Shown here piece by piece: positions 21,211 through 41,629 of a stretch of DNA of 64,000 nucleotides. The position numbers and the translations under genes are program-made. How positions within the stretch are numbered: the first letter of the stretch is position 1; every line of letters begins with the position of its first letter. This stretch comes from the human T2T-CHM13v2.0 reference genome, Homo sapiens. Below the pieces are notes generated by a model that worked only from the letters and a program-made list of their open reading frames with translations, had not been told where the DNA came from and ran no database searches. The DNA is taken from assembly GCF_009914755.1 (NCBI RefSeq), contig NC_060942.1. One strand, 5' to 3'.

Positions 21211-21403
21211 AAAGAAAATACTTTCATAATCTTGGTCACATTTAACAGTATACGGAGTCCACAGCCAATCACTTGAAAATCTGGTCCTATGCATAGATCT
21301 ATGATTCCAAGCGGCAAGAAAGCAAATCTTCCGGGGAAACAAAAAGTGTTACATTCCTTAGTTTTAAGTTCCTATTTCAAAGGATAGAAAGGGAGGCTGT
21401 TAC

Positions 21404-21777
21404 CTGTATCCCGATAGACAGGCATCGATTTTTCTTAAAGTGGTCCTTCTTCCTGTCCTCCGTGGTGACGGTGGCTATGGTAGTCGTGGTGGTGACGGTG
21501 GCAGTGTTATTGCCCATGTGTTGACTGGCAGGGCCATGGATCTGGGCGTTTGCAGCTTCGATGGCGGCTGTCAGAGCCTTCATACTGTCCAGGCTCTCGG
21601 TGGAGTTGCTGAGTCCAGACTGGCTGATAATATCTCCTCGCTGGCCCTGTCCGTCCATGTAGGCATCCTGGGCTGACTCTGTGCTACTCTGGGCTGTGAT
21701 AGAAATGAAAGGTTTCGTGGTAGTTCTGGGTGGGACTGGAGGTGGTGTCTTCTTATATGTTGTAATGCAAGATGACA
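21404..21777 (-). CDS. DLGAP1: DLGAP1 (GKAP/SAPAP1) internal coding exon, 374 bp: (V)SSCITTYKKTPPPVPPRTTTKPFISITAQ...KKNRCLSIGIQ
   Basis: Minus-strand acceptor tttcactgtcttccAG|TG at 21777 and donor CAG|gtaaca at 21404. The translation matches the recalled DLGAP1 protein. The exon starts in phase 1, ends in phase 0 and joins in frame to the 7027-7118 exon. Confidence 0.97.
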
Positions 21778-22347
21778 CTGGAAGACAGTGAAAACAAAGA
21801 CAATGTGATTTCTGCGTGGGTTTTAATTTCTGATATTGTAACTGACAGCCATTGGGAATTAGGGCACATGAAACACACTGAGACATTTAACAGGAAAACA
21901 AGTTCCATTGACAGGCTGAGACCCCTGCTCTCCGGAGGTGGTTTGGGTCTCCTCTGAGGTGACACCTCCACAAAACTGAGGGAGAAAAACACCGGGAAAT
22001 ATCAATCTCTGAAATGGAAGTTTCTAAAATGGAAATTAATATGAATCAACATAAACTAGATACGATTAGCCCTCTGTCGAAACCTTCCCAGCCAACAAAT
22101 TGTATAGGCACATAGAAAAGGTGAGGGGAGTTTCTGTCTTCAGGGAAAAAACTAAATATAGCTAATATTAAACAGAGTAACTCATTAGAAGAGATTTTAG
22201 TGGTTGATAATAAATATGGAAAAAGAAAAAAGGAAGGCAAAGAGGTTGTGAGGATGCGTGTTCTGATCCTAATAACAAGGACGAGGTGTCTGGGGGAGAA
22301 GGGTACACACGCCATGGTAGCTGCTGCAACTTGTTTATCGAAGCCAG

Positions 22348-22980
22348 TTCCTTCCTTCCTTCTTTCCTCCCTCCCCCCTCCCTCCCTCCCTCCTTCCTTC
22401 CTTCTTTCCTTTCTTCCTCCCTGCTTTTCCTTTTTCCCTCCTTCCTGTAAAAATATTTTTAAAAAATAGAGAGGAGGTCTCTCTGTGTTGCCCAGGCTGG
22501 TCTTGAACTCTGGGCTCAAGAGATCCTCTCCCTTAGGCCTCCTTTCAAAGGACAGAAGAGGAAGCTGTTGCCTATATCCTGACAGACAGACACATAGAAG
22601 TGCTGGGATTACAAGCGTGAGCCACCGGGCCCGGCCACTTCCCACCTTTCTGTCTTTCTGCCTGACTGACCGACCTACCTACCTACCTACCTACCTACCT
22701 ACCTACCTACCTACCTACCTTCCTTCCTTCCTTCCTTCCTTCCTTCCCTCCTCCCTCCCTCCCTTTCTCTCTCTGTCCCTCTGTGTTTCCCCACCTCCTT
22801 CCCTTCTTTCCTTCCTTCCCTCCTTCAGTCTTTTTCTTTTCTCTGTCTTCCTGTCTTGTCATCCTTCCTTTTCCTTCTCTCTCTCTCTCCGTCTCCCTCT
22901 TTCTTGTCTTTCCCCTTCCTCCTCCTCTCTGTCTTCCTTCTTCACTTCCACCTTGCCTATCTCTCTCTCTGTCTTTTTCT
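22348..22980. repeat. Polypyrimidine low-complexity tracts including (CCTA)n and (CCTT)n
   Basis: Tracts at 22348-22446 and 22640-22980, with (CCTA)n at ~22674-22719. Confidence 0.95.
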
Positions 22981-23185
22981 GGATAAACTCTCACTATATA
23001 AACTTCTTTTGTTTAATTTTTGCTTGTTTCTGAGCAGAACTACTCACTGAGAGTATTTACACTGTACAAAAGTCTCCTATTGTAGAAATTAATCCACATG
23101 CTAGCTTATAAATCAGTCTTCGTGGGTTTGGTCTGTATGAGTCACTCCCTAAAGTGTCTTTCTTTAGGGCAACTTGGTCAAGTCA

Positions 23186-23503
<318 letters not shown>

Positions 23504-24469
23504 CTAGGCTGCTGAGTACAATTTTGGACCCGTACAAGGGGGTCAAGGTCTATTTGGAGGCTCCCGACAGCAGCCTCAGCCCCTCCCTCTAGCCATTTGA
23601 TTACAACGCTGAGGGTTTTGAAGAAGCTTTACACGTTGGCTTTCAGTTTCTCATTTGTAAAGCATGATTTAAGAAAATAAGGATCAAAAATGAATTAAGT
23701 TTCCAAGTGGGACTCCGGTCAGTGAAGCACAATTCCTTAAGCAGCTATTATAAATTCATTCAAATAATTATGCTTCCATCATTTCCTCCCCACCCCACCC
23801 CAGCCCACCCACTCTCACAGGTGGTGTCACTGTGGCTCCATCACATCAGCTAGACCTGGCCATGCAGTCCCAACTTGTTACCTACAGTTCCAGCTGCCAA
23901 CTCAGGCCATCTCACTGAATGAAATACTTGCTTCAACATTGAAGATGTTTCCTCTGGCCACTCAGAGGAAACACCCTATAATGAACAATAAACAAAAGGA
24001 CTCTATTATGCTGTCCTGCTGTTTCAGTGGCCTATGATTTGGAGTAATTTCCTTAACCATAAAATAGATGGAGACAATAATGTTTGGCTATTTCCCAGGG
24101 ATTGCCTGAGTATTGGAGGAATAAATCAAGCAAATGTCTCATTACAATATCATATGGACTCTGGGATGGGGAAAGACAAGGTGCATGACATAGAGGCAGT
24201 CACCCCTCATTCCCTGGGTGGATGACTGGCAGAGGCCCAGCCCAGGAGAACTTCCCATCTATGTTGACTCATGAAACACACAACTTCATCTCTCTTTTTT
24301 TTAGAGATAGGGTCTCACTCTGTCATCAGGTTGGAAGGCAGTGGCACGATCATGGCTCACTGCAGCCTCGATCTCCTAGGCTCAAGCAATCCTCCCACTT
24401 CAATCTCTTGAGCAGCTGGGACTAACAGGTGTGCACCACCACATCCAGCTAATTTTTTATTTTTTGTAG

Positions 24470-24643
<174 letters not shown>

Positions 24644-25533
24644 TAGCTAATGCACCTGACAGGAAATACGACTCAGGGAAAATACAGTGCTTGCAAGGTG
24701 CAGAGTCAGGAGCGAGCCAGCCAGCCTCAGGTTCTTCCCACTAGCCCACAGCTAAGCCTCTGGCTAAACAATGCCAGTGCATATACATTGTAAATATCTT
24801 GCCTCACTCAATTTAGTTTCTTGCATCCAAACCATGGTGGAGCTCTGGTTCCCAGAGAGGCATGAGTGATGGTAGTCCTGCTGGGAGTAACGCTCATCTC
24901 AGTGATTCAGCTGAAGACCCAGAGTGGGTGGGAGCCATAATTAGGATAGAACCTCTCCCTGCTAAAATTGAATGAAACTACAGCATTGTACCACTTCTCC
25001 TAAGACATGTCTTTACAACGTGAACTCACTATTTTGTTCAAAATGGATTCTCAGGACATTCCGCCCACTGATATTTCAAGAAGCTAAATAACATATTCCA
25101 ACATCAAATGTCTGATCTTTTGGATTATGTATTGCTTCTTGTTAGCTCTCCTTGGTTTCTTCTTTTAGTGTGGATAATCCAAACTGGACAGTGAGGCCAG
25201 GCACAGTGGTTCACACCTGTCATCCCAGCGTTTTGGGAGACTATGGTGGGAGGACTGCTTGAGTCCAGGAGTTGCAGACCAGCCTGGGCAAGATAACGAG
25301 ATCCCATCTCTACACAATTAGAAAACAAAACCAAACAGTCCCCCTCCAAAAAAAAGCTAGATAATTCAGCCAAATATGGAATCATTTGATTTGCTGTGAC
25401 ATACAGTAAAAATCCTGCCATGATGTGATAAGTGGGGGTGGGAGGGGCTAGTTCACATTGTTTCCAACGCATGACTGACCTTGGGGACTGAGCCTCCAGT
25501 GCGGCTCCTACACTCCCCAGGCCAACTGCAATT

Positions 25534-25553
25534 GGACGCCACCTGGTGGCTGT
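25534..25553 (-). promoter_or_regulatory. CTCF consensus motif
   Basis: The minus strand reads ACAGCCACCAGGTGGCGTCC, a near-consensus CTCF core in unique sequence. Confidence 0.6.
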
Positions 25554-25775
25554 TGTCAGCTCATCTTCGCTATCGATAGGGATAACTCTGGATACCTTGC
25601 TCAACAGGGACATTGGCAGAGTTCCAGTAATGCTTGACATCTACCATGGTTAGACTGGACAGGGAGAATACTGGAGACATGGCTTCTCCAACAGGGTGGT
25701 CCAGCCCCCAACACCCAAAGAAGATAAGATTTTGAGATCCCCCCCAACTTCGAATAAGGGAGCTGAATGGAGGGC

Positions 25776-25955
25776 AGGAACCATCTCCCATGTTGTTATA
25801 CGGAGGGACATTACTCATTATTATGAGGCTTAAGGAAAGGAACCATCTCCCATGTTGTTATACGGAGGGGCATTACTCATTATTATGAGACTTAAGGACA
25901 GGAACCATCTCCCATGCTGTTATGCTGAGGGACTTTACTCGTTATTATGAGGCTT
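25776..25955. repeat. Minisatellite, about 3 x 62 bp
   Basis: The unit aggaaccatctcccatgttgttatacggagggacattactcattattatgaggcttaagga(a/c) starts at 25776, 25838 and 25900. Confidence 0.95.
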
Positions 25956-26593
25956 CACTGCAGTGAGCGGCACTGTCCAGTCATGGGCTAGGAAGGTAAA
26001 AGGAATTCAAATCTTCATGACTGCTTTTTTTTTTTCAACTACAGACGGGATCTCACTGTGCTGTGTACGCTGGCCTTGAACTCCCAGATTTAAGAGATCC
26101 TCCCCCTCTGCCTGCTGAATAGGTGGCACAACGGGCGCATGCCACCATGCCCGGCTTAAGATTGCCATTTGAAGGAGAGGAAAGGGATTCAAATCACAAC
26201 TCACACTTCCCCATAGTTCCCCTTCTTCATTTTCCAATTCTTCTGCACTCCAAAACTCATACAACGAAATCCTTCCATTTTCCCCAACATCCCCCTTTCC
26301 TAGATTTGCTAAGCCCTAAACCCACACTTCTCTCCTAAGGGTATTTTGTTTGTTGGTTGGTTGGTTTCAGTTCTACTCTCAGAATTCAGTGCCAGGAAAG
26401 ATTTAGAACCCACTGAGAAGGTCTGAGCACCAGCAGGTGTGTGACACATAAGAGTGAGACTGAAGGAGGGTGAAACACCAGCCAATATGTTTGTCTTGCC
26501 TGGTCAAAACAGAAAGAGAAAATGAGAAAGAGAAAAAGAGAAAACGAGCAGTTTCTATACAGTAAGTGAAACATCTGATTTGTTTAAGAGTGA

Positions 26594-27420
<827 letters not shown>

Positions 27421-27849
27421 GAATGACGTTCTCAAAAACAATGATTTTTAAAATGTAAGTGGAACTTGAAAAAAGAAATGATGCTGTATTTTTTATCACC
27501 ATTACTGCTTTCCTTTGCCCTGATAAGTTTTTTGTTCATTTCAAATGAAATTATTTTTTTCCTCATCTGGCTGAAAGGACTCTTATCCATTTATGAGAGA
27601 GTTGCAGAACTAGAGCTGCAGATTTCAGTGACATTTTCATTCAGTGGATACTGTAGTGCACAGAGAGACCAGAGGTTGGTATTTACATTTAAGAAGTTAT
27701 ATATTTTTGGGGCCGGGCGCTGTGGCTCACGCCTGTAATCCCAGAACTTTGGGAGGCTGAGGCGGCCAGATCACCTGAGGTTGGGAGTTCGAGACCAGCC
27801 TGAACAACATGGAGGAACCCCATCTCTACTAAAAATACAAAATTAGTCA

Positions 27850-28100
<251 letters not shown>

Positions 28101-28111
28101 TCAGGAGATCA

Positions 28112-28387
<276 letters not shown>

Positions 28388-28453
28388 CTAGCTCATGATT
28401 GAATATTGCCTACATTTGTATGGAAAGATAATGCGGCCAGGCGCGGTGGCTTA

Positions 28454-28820
<367 letters not shown>

Positions 28821-29463
28821 TTATCCAGACTCTCTTTCCACTCTGGTTATCCTTCAAGTTTAACAGCACACAAGTGTCAGGCGGCCACAAAACAGATGTG
28901 AGATCAAACTCCCTTTTTGTGCCTTTTTATTCATAAACCCTTACCAGCTAAGCGAATGGATCATACACCATAAGCTATGTAGAGCAACTATTTAGCAGTT
29001 CCTGATTACTGCATTTTAGAAATTTTTTAAAACATGAGAGAGCAAGTCCATAAGGAACCACAAATAAAAACACAATAAGACAAAGTAATTAAACTTATAT
29101 ATAAATTAAATTATATATAGATATATATGCAGATGTCCCAGAGTCAAGTAACATCTTTTTGATGTAAACATGTTGTTACCCCAAGGCGTTGTTATTAAGT
29201 GCAACTATTATCAAGCAAGCTGTGATTTGATCATCCTTGAGAAGTGGCAGCGCCTACACAGAGCTCATGGGGAAAGCAACCTTGGATTTGCTGTGAGTTC
29301 TATCAGATGGTGTCATCTTACTGAGATGAAGACTACCAGAGAGAAGGGCTGCCTTGGTCCACTGTCTAAAATCTGCTGAGGGCAAAGTTCTCCCGATTTG
29401 GTCCAGGTGATCAGCAGTTGTTCAACAAGCCCTCAAAAAGAAGGCCTTTATTTCTTTATTTGA

Positions 29464-29568
<105 letters not shown>

Positions 29569-32377
29569 TGAGTAGCTGGGATTACAGGCATGTGCCACCA
29601 CACCAGGCTAATTTTTTTTATTTAATAGAGATGGGGTTTCACCATGTTGGTCAGGCTGGTCTCGAACTCCTGACCTCAGGTGATCCAGCTCCCTTAGCCT
29701 CCCAAAGTGTTGGGATTACACGTGTGAGTCACTGTGCCTGGCCAAAAGGGCTTTATTAAAAAGATTTTTAAAATCTAATGGGGTTGACAGAAGCGTGCTG
29801 GAACTGGCTCTTCTCAGCTTGCTAAGCTCGATTGTGCACATTTCTTTCTACCTCTGTATTCAGTCACTTTTCACTGTTAGCTTGAAATTGTTGACCTTGG
29901 TGTATTTACACCATGGAAATCAGCAAATGCCTGAAATCCAGGTTCCCCCCTGTGGATTTTCTTCAATCAGAGAGCCGGTTGTTAAGCATTTCCAACACCC
30001 CTGTGTGTACAGAGCAGGGTTATTCAAAGCCTGGTCTGCAGAGTGGTGCCCGTTTGCAAACTGTGTCACAGTGCAGGGTGACACATGCTATGAAAATTGA
30101 GTGTAGGGTCAGGTACGGTGGCCCACACCTGTAATCCCAGCACTCTGGGAGGTCGAGGCCAGTGGATCACCTGGGGTCAGGAGTTTGAGACCATCCTGGC
30201 GAACATGGTGAAACCCTGTCTCTACTAAAAATACAAAAATTAGCCGGGGGTGGTGGCACATGCCTGTAATCCCAGCTACTCAGGAGCCTGAAGCAGGAGA
30301 ATTGCTTGAACCCGGGAGGTAGAGGTTGCAGTGAGCCGCAGAGGTTGTAGTGAGCCGAGACGGTGCCATTGCACTCCAGCCTGGGCAACAAGAATGAAAC
30401 CCCGTCTAAAAAAAAAAACAAAGAAAATTGAATGTAAGTGTTTAGAAACTTTTATAGCAATTTTATAGAGTGTTTTACCTGTTGAATCTAAAAACAAAAC
30501 AAAACAAAACAAAAATTATGGGTTTGTTTTTTGTATGTCTTAAAAAAAAAGTCCTCTTTCTAGTAATTCTTTTTTGTTGCATTTTACCAAAGCACTAATC
30601 TGCAGCAGATTGAGGGCAAACAAACAAACTGGTCCCTTACCAGAGATAGGCTGAGAAGCACTGAAAAGAACATTTGCAAATCCAGGGAACAGGGCAGAGG
30701 TAGTACAAGTGAGATTAAGAATATATTCAAGAGGTAACTTGAAGCCACAGGCTATTTTAGAAAACAAAATGATGTGAAGAGGCCAAAAGAAAAAAAAGAA
30801 ACTTGGAAGGACCTAAACTGGGGACATAAATGTATTTCTATTGTAGAAATACAGAATGGGAACGATTGGACTTATGGTTGTAATGTCAGGTAAGGTGTCT
30901 ATTTCAGGAAAGGCATGTAGGATTAGAAGTATGGACCTAGGCCTGTTGCGGTGGCTCATTCCTGTAATCCCAGCACTTTGAGAGGTCCAGGTGGGAGGAT
31001 CTCTTTGAGCTCAGGAGTCTGAGACCAGCTAGAGCAACATGGTGAAACCCATCTCCACAAAATTATCCAGGAGTGGTAGAATCCTGCCCCAGCCTTCCAA
31101 GTAGGTGGCACCTGTAGTCCCAGCTACTTGGAAGGCTGGGGCGGGAGGATTGCTGAAGCCCAAAAGATTGAGGTTGCAGTGAGCCAAGATCACACCACTC
31201 CAGCCTGGCGACAGAGCAAGACTACGTCAAAAATAAAAAACAAAAAATAAAAATAAAAAGACGGGGTGTTTCATTTGGAAAAGAAGAAAGGGGGGTTTTC
31301 AATTATTTGGAGGGCTCTTGCTTAGAGGATAGCATGGGCCTGTTTTGTATAAGTCCCCAAAGGAACAACAAAGGCAAGGGCTCAGAGAGGCATAAAGAAT
31401 AATTCTCCAGGCATTGATTGTCCGTCCATAGAAGGAATATGAGGACCTCATAACAGAGGGAGTTCTCAGCCCCTGGACCTGTTCAAGCACAGACCAGCAC
31501 ATCTTTTGGCTGGGAGGCTATAGCAATTGTACCAACATCTGATAGGGGGCTCAACTAGATGACAAGGTTTCTTTCAAATTGGATGGTTATGATAATGAGT
31601 GAAATTTAGACAAGAATTTGCAAACTAGGGAGGGTCCCACAGAGAATGATGCTGAAGAGCTGAAGAAAGAAGCCAAAAAAGGAGGCCAGAGAAAGAGCTC
31701 CAACGAGGCTGTCTGGTAGCAATGATGAATGTTCTGCCATCTTGGGAAAGCAGCTGGCACTGATGAGGACAAAATAACTAATAGACAAGTTTGCTGCTGC
31801 TGCTTCCAGCCAAGCAGACCCCATAGTTGTGCACTTAACAGTGCATCATAGGGCTCCTGCTCCTTGCGGTGATGTGTTATGCTGGCCGGACTTTCCAACA
31901 AATGCCAGACAAATCAGCGGTCTGGCTGGAGTCCTCCACCGGCAAAAATGCGCAAACCCTGGCAACAACAAAGATGATGAGATGAGATTCAGTCCAGACC
32001 CGTGACATGCCATTAGATCTTCCTAATCACCAGAGAGCAAATCCTTACTCTGTGTACTGGACACTGTGCTAAGAACTTAATAGACATGGGGGCTGGGTGT
32101 GGTGGCTCACACCTGTAATCCCAGCACTTTGGGAGGCTGAAGCATAAGGATCGCTTTAGCCCAGGTGTTGGAGACCAGCCTGGGCAACAGAGTGAGACCT
32201 CGTCTCAAAAAAACCCAAACAACAACAACTAGCTGGTCATGGTGGTGCACGCCTGAAGTCTCAGCTACTCGGTAGGCTGAGGTGGGAGGATCACTTGAGC
32301 TTGGGAGGTGGAGGCCGCAATGAGCCATGACTGTGCCACTGCACTCCAGCCTAGGTGACAGAGCAAGACCCTGCCTC

Positions 32378-32470
32378 AAAAAAAAAAAAAAAAAAAAAAA
32401 AGAAAAAGAAAGAAAGAAAAAGAAAAAGAAAAAGAAAAAAAAGAAAGAAAAGAAAAGAAAAAGAAGAAAA
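32378..32470 (+). repeat. Expanded A/(A)nG Alu tail
   Basis: Poly(A) followed by aaaag/aaag units, with TSD aatagacatg. Confidence 0.9.
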
Positions 32471-33639
32471 TAGACATGATCTCACATATGTGAAAGATCC
32501 CACTATCCCCATTTAACTGATGAAAATATTAAGGCTCAGAGCAGGCAACGGACATCCCTAACTCATCTAGAGATTCAGTGACAGAGTTAGAGTACTCAGG
32601 GCTCCAACTCCCATCTGACCATTAACTCAAACCACCTTTGTTTATCTCCCCCGCCCCCCGCCAGTAAACACTCTCTAGTAAACACCTTGTCCACTAAAGC
32701 ACCGTGGTTTCCACGAGGGACTCCTTCGTGCACAGCCATCCTCACTCTGCAGGAACTCTTAAGTTTCAGTGAATGAATGAATTTGGAGTGGTCAACAAGG
32801 GGTGCACAGTTGCAACTTTTAAAATATTGCAGAAGGAGAGAAATGCCACAAAACAAAATGCACATGGAAAAATCACTACCTTATTTCAAAATATTTACAG
32901 CTTCACATTTAAGGCCACCCAAAGCGTGGCGGTCAGTGGTGAGAAGGCAGAGATCAGAGGCTGTTGGGGTGGGTCATACACCATGATTCCCGGCCCCCCT
33001 CTGGGAGATACAAGGTATCCCACAGTCTTCTCTCCCAGTTACATCCTCCACGGAAACCACAAGATGACTCGCTCAACTTTTTCTAAAGTAGAAAAAAATA
33101 TGCTTGTGTGTGTGTGTAAGGGGAGGAGAGGGGATGTGAATGAAATGGAGGGTAGTGTAATAATTCCTGTAGTCATAAGACACGCCAGTTGGTAGTTGCT
33201 AGTATTCCAGACACTTCCTAACGCCAGACAAATGCCCCAAGCCTCGGCATGTCTGGCCTAGAGATCTATTCAACTGATAGCAGCCGCCTCTTCTGGGGAG
33301 AGCAGATCTTTCAGAAAGCACTGGCTGCGCTGCTAATCAAACGCAACATTGTTCTCAGCAAGGAGGAAGAATGGAAAGGTTTGTTTCAGAGTCACAACTT
33401 TATTTTTTTTAAAAGGCACCCAAGTTGTTTCAACAAGCTGCTACAAAACTTGGGCTTCCTGAGTGGAGGCTGTTTTGCACAGTGCATGTACTGTACAAAA
33501 ATCCAGGCAGGGAGGGGTCAGAGAGTTCGTCATTAAAGAAAAAAAAAAAAAAAAGCCCCAGGCACTTGATGCCTGGAAATGATGTCAGACGCAGCCACTC
33601 CTCTGTTAGAACTACAGCCAAACAATGCGCAGGCAATCC

Positions 33640-36905
<3,266 letters not shown>

Positions 36906-37667
36906 GACTCTGAGACTGTGGGGTAGCTGGTTGTTTTAAGATGGGACCAGGGTATTGTGCACTTATTGCCAATTCTTGCTTCAGTAAGTGGGGTGGCTGT
37001 GCAGAGTGAGTGGCCTGTGTATGAACCAGGGTCCGTCCCATCTAATGAGAGTCCGGTCAGGCTGAGTCCTCACCAAGACTTCAGCGTGGATTCATCAGTA
37101 ACCTTGGTTCACTGGCAGGCTTGCTGGACTTTGGAGAAAAGGCTGACCCTCCCCCAAAGCAGCCCATTGCTGCCACTGCCCTAGGAACAGAGGGCCTGGA
37201 GCCAGGGCTTGACCTGGTACAGGAGCTTTTGCACAAGGCCGGCTCAAACCTCCAAACCTGGGGAAACAGGATGCATGGTGAAGTGAAGAAGAAAGAAAAT
37301 GCATCCACCGTTCCTTCCTGTTGGTGTCAGCACGATGAGGAATAATTACCTGGATCTGGAAAGCAGGCGTGTGGGAGGCTGCAGGCCCCCCTGATCTGTG
37401 TAGTTAGGCACTTAATTTTTCATCCTCCTCCTTCTCTCTGCCCTCCCGAAACCGCCGTTTTCAAAGGAAAAACAGAAAAACGTATCTGGGTAACCCGTGT
37501 AATACTGTTTACATCAGCCCACTTGGCCCAGAAAGGATACCAGCTCCTTACTGATGCTCAGATAACAGGGTTAGTGCTTAAAAAAATTATGCCTTGGGCC
37601 GGGTGCGGTGGCTCACGCCTATAATCCCAGCACTTTGGGAGGCTGAGGTGGGTGGATCACAAGGTCA

Positions 37668-38190
<523 letters not shown>

Positions 38191-39051
38191 TAACTTGTTA
38201 GCCAGGCTGGTCTTGAACTCCTGACGTCAAGCGATCTGCCTGCCTTGGCCTCCCAAAGTGCTGGGATTAAGGGCGTGAGCCACCGCGCCCGGTCCCCTCC
38301 ATTACTCCTTAAGTGTCCCTTAAAGACTGTATTTATTTATTTGAAACAGAGTCTTGCTCTGTCACCCAGGCTGTTGTGCAGTGGCATGATCTTGGCTCAC
38401 TGCAACCTTCTGCCTCAGCCTCCTGAGTACCTGAGACTACAGGCGGGCGCCACCACACCCGGCTAATGTTTGTCTTTTTGGTAGAGATGGGGGTTTCACC
38501 ATGTTGGCCAGGCTGGTCTCGAACTCCTGATCTCAAGTGATCTGCCCCCTTCAGCCTCCCAAAGTGCTGGGATTACAGGCGTGAGCCACTGCGCCCAGCA
38601 AAGACTGTGTTTAAAATACTACCTTTCTGTTAGGTACTTGTCATTTGCCAAAATTAAATAAAAACAGTCTAGGAACCTAGGAACCTGTGAAGTCAGTACT
38701 AAAATCTATACCAATTTACTCTACAAACCCCCATCCTCCTCCTCGTTGGTTGAGTGTTTAATAAAGCCAGGCGCTTTACCTATAGTCTCATTAAATTAAA
38801 AACAATCCTGCATAGGAAGTCAGGATCTCAATTTTGCAGATGAAAAGGAGGCTTATCTGGGCATGCCCAGCAAGGTCTGGGGAACGCCCCTTAATGGAGT
38901 ACTTGAATTTGTCTGCAGGGAGAGGTGGCATCACCGCACTGTAAATAGTTTCCGAGGTCAAGTTTGGCTAGTGGCTTTTAGAATTGGGGCAGAAGGATGC
39001 CATCCTACTCCCACCTTCAGAGGCATCTCAGGTTCTGGAGCTCTGTGCTAA

Positions 39052-39309
<258 letters not shown>

Positions 39310-39913
39310 TAATTTTGGTATTTTTAGTAGAGATGTAGTTTCACCATGTGGGCCAGGATGGTCTCGATCTCTTGACCTTGTGATCCGCCCACCTCGGCCT
39401 CCCAAAATGTTGGGATTACAGGCGTGAGCCACCATTCCCAGCCAATTTTTTTTTTTTTTTTAAAGAGACAGGGTCTCGCTCTGTTGCCAGGGCTGGAGTG
39501 CAGTGGTGTGATCATGGCTCACTACATCCTCTAACTCCTGGGCTCAAGCGATCCTCCCACTTTAGCCTCCGGAACAGCTGGAACCACAAGCGCACACCAC
39601 CACATCCAGCTAAGTTTTAAAAAACTGTTTGTAAAGACAGGGTCTCACTATGTTGCCCAGGGTCAAGGTCAGATTTGTTAATCCTTCTGACATTGTCTCC
39701 TGTTGGAGTTCTGGGTGTTCATTAGTTCATCACCATGCATGTGATTCACACACTGTACTCAGAAACATTCTTTTTTCTTGTTTTTGTTTTTTTATGAGAC
39801 GGAGTTTCTCTCTTGTCACCCAGGCTGGAGTGCAATGGCACGCACGATCTCGGCTCACTGCAACCTCCACCTCCCCGGTTCAAGCAATTCTCCTGCCTCA
39901 GCCTCCCGAGTAG

Positions 39914-40674
<761 letters not shown>

Positions 40675-40721
40675 TTTTTGAGACAGAGTCTCACCCTGTG
40701 GCTCAGGCTAGAGTGCAGTGA

Positions 40722-40970
<249 letters not shown>

Positions 40971-41013
40971 TAATCTGATGTGGTCTTACAGATAAACACT
41001 TCACATATGCAAG

Positions 41014-41038
41014 GGTGTGTGTGTGTGTGTGTGTGTGT
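41014..41038. repeat. (GT)n microsatellite
   Basis: Read directly. Confidence 0.95.
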
Positions 41039-41134
41039 TTTAACTCATCTTTTCCATTCTCTTCCCAACCCCTCCTTTCCCATCTGCTACCCTCAGGCTA
41101 CAGTTCGACTTCACAGATAGAAAAATAAAACCTA

Positions 41135-41629
<495 letters not shown>

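Noticed and set aside
21377-21886. 169-aa ORF as a stand-alone gene
   Set aside because: It is the DLGAP1 exon plus flanking intron that happens to lack stop codons.
25776-25955. Repeat array as a CRISPR-like locus
   Set aside because: It has head-to-tail units with no unique spacers, in a primate intron with no cas genes.
30321-30358. 19-bp tandem duplication inside an Alu right arm
   Set aside because: Ordinary slippage duplication.
31600-31720. Purine-rich stretch translating as …PTENDAEELKKEAKKGGQRKSS…
   Set aside because: It is short and ends in a stop, and I found no convincing splice sites, poly(A), TSD or recognisable parent gene.
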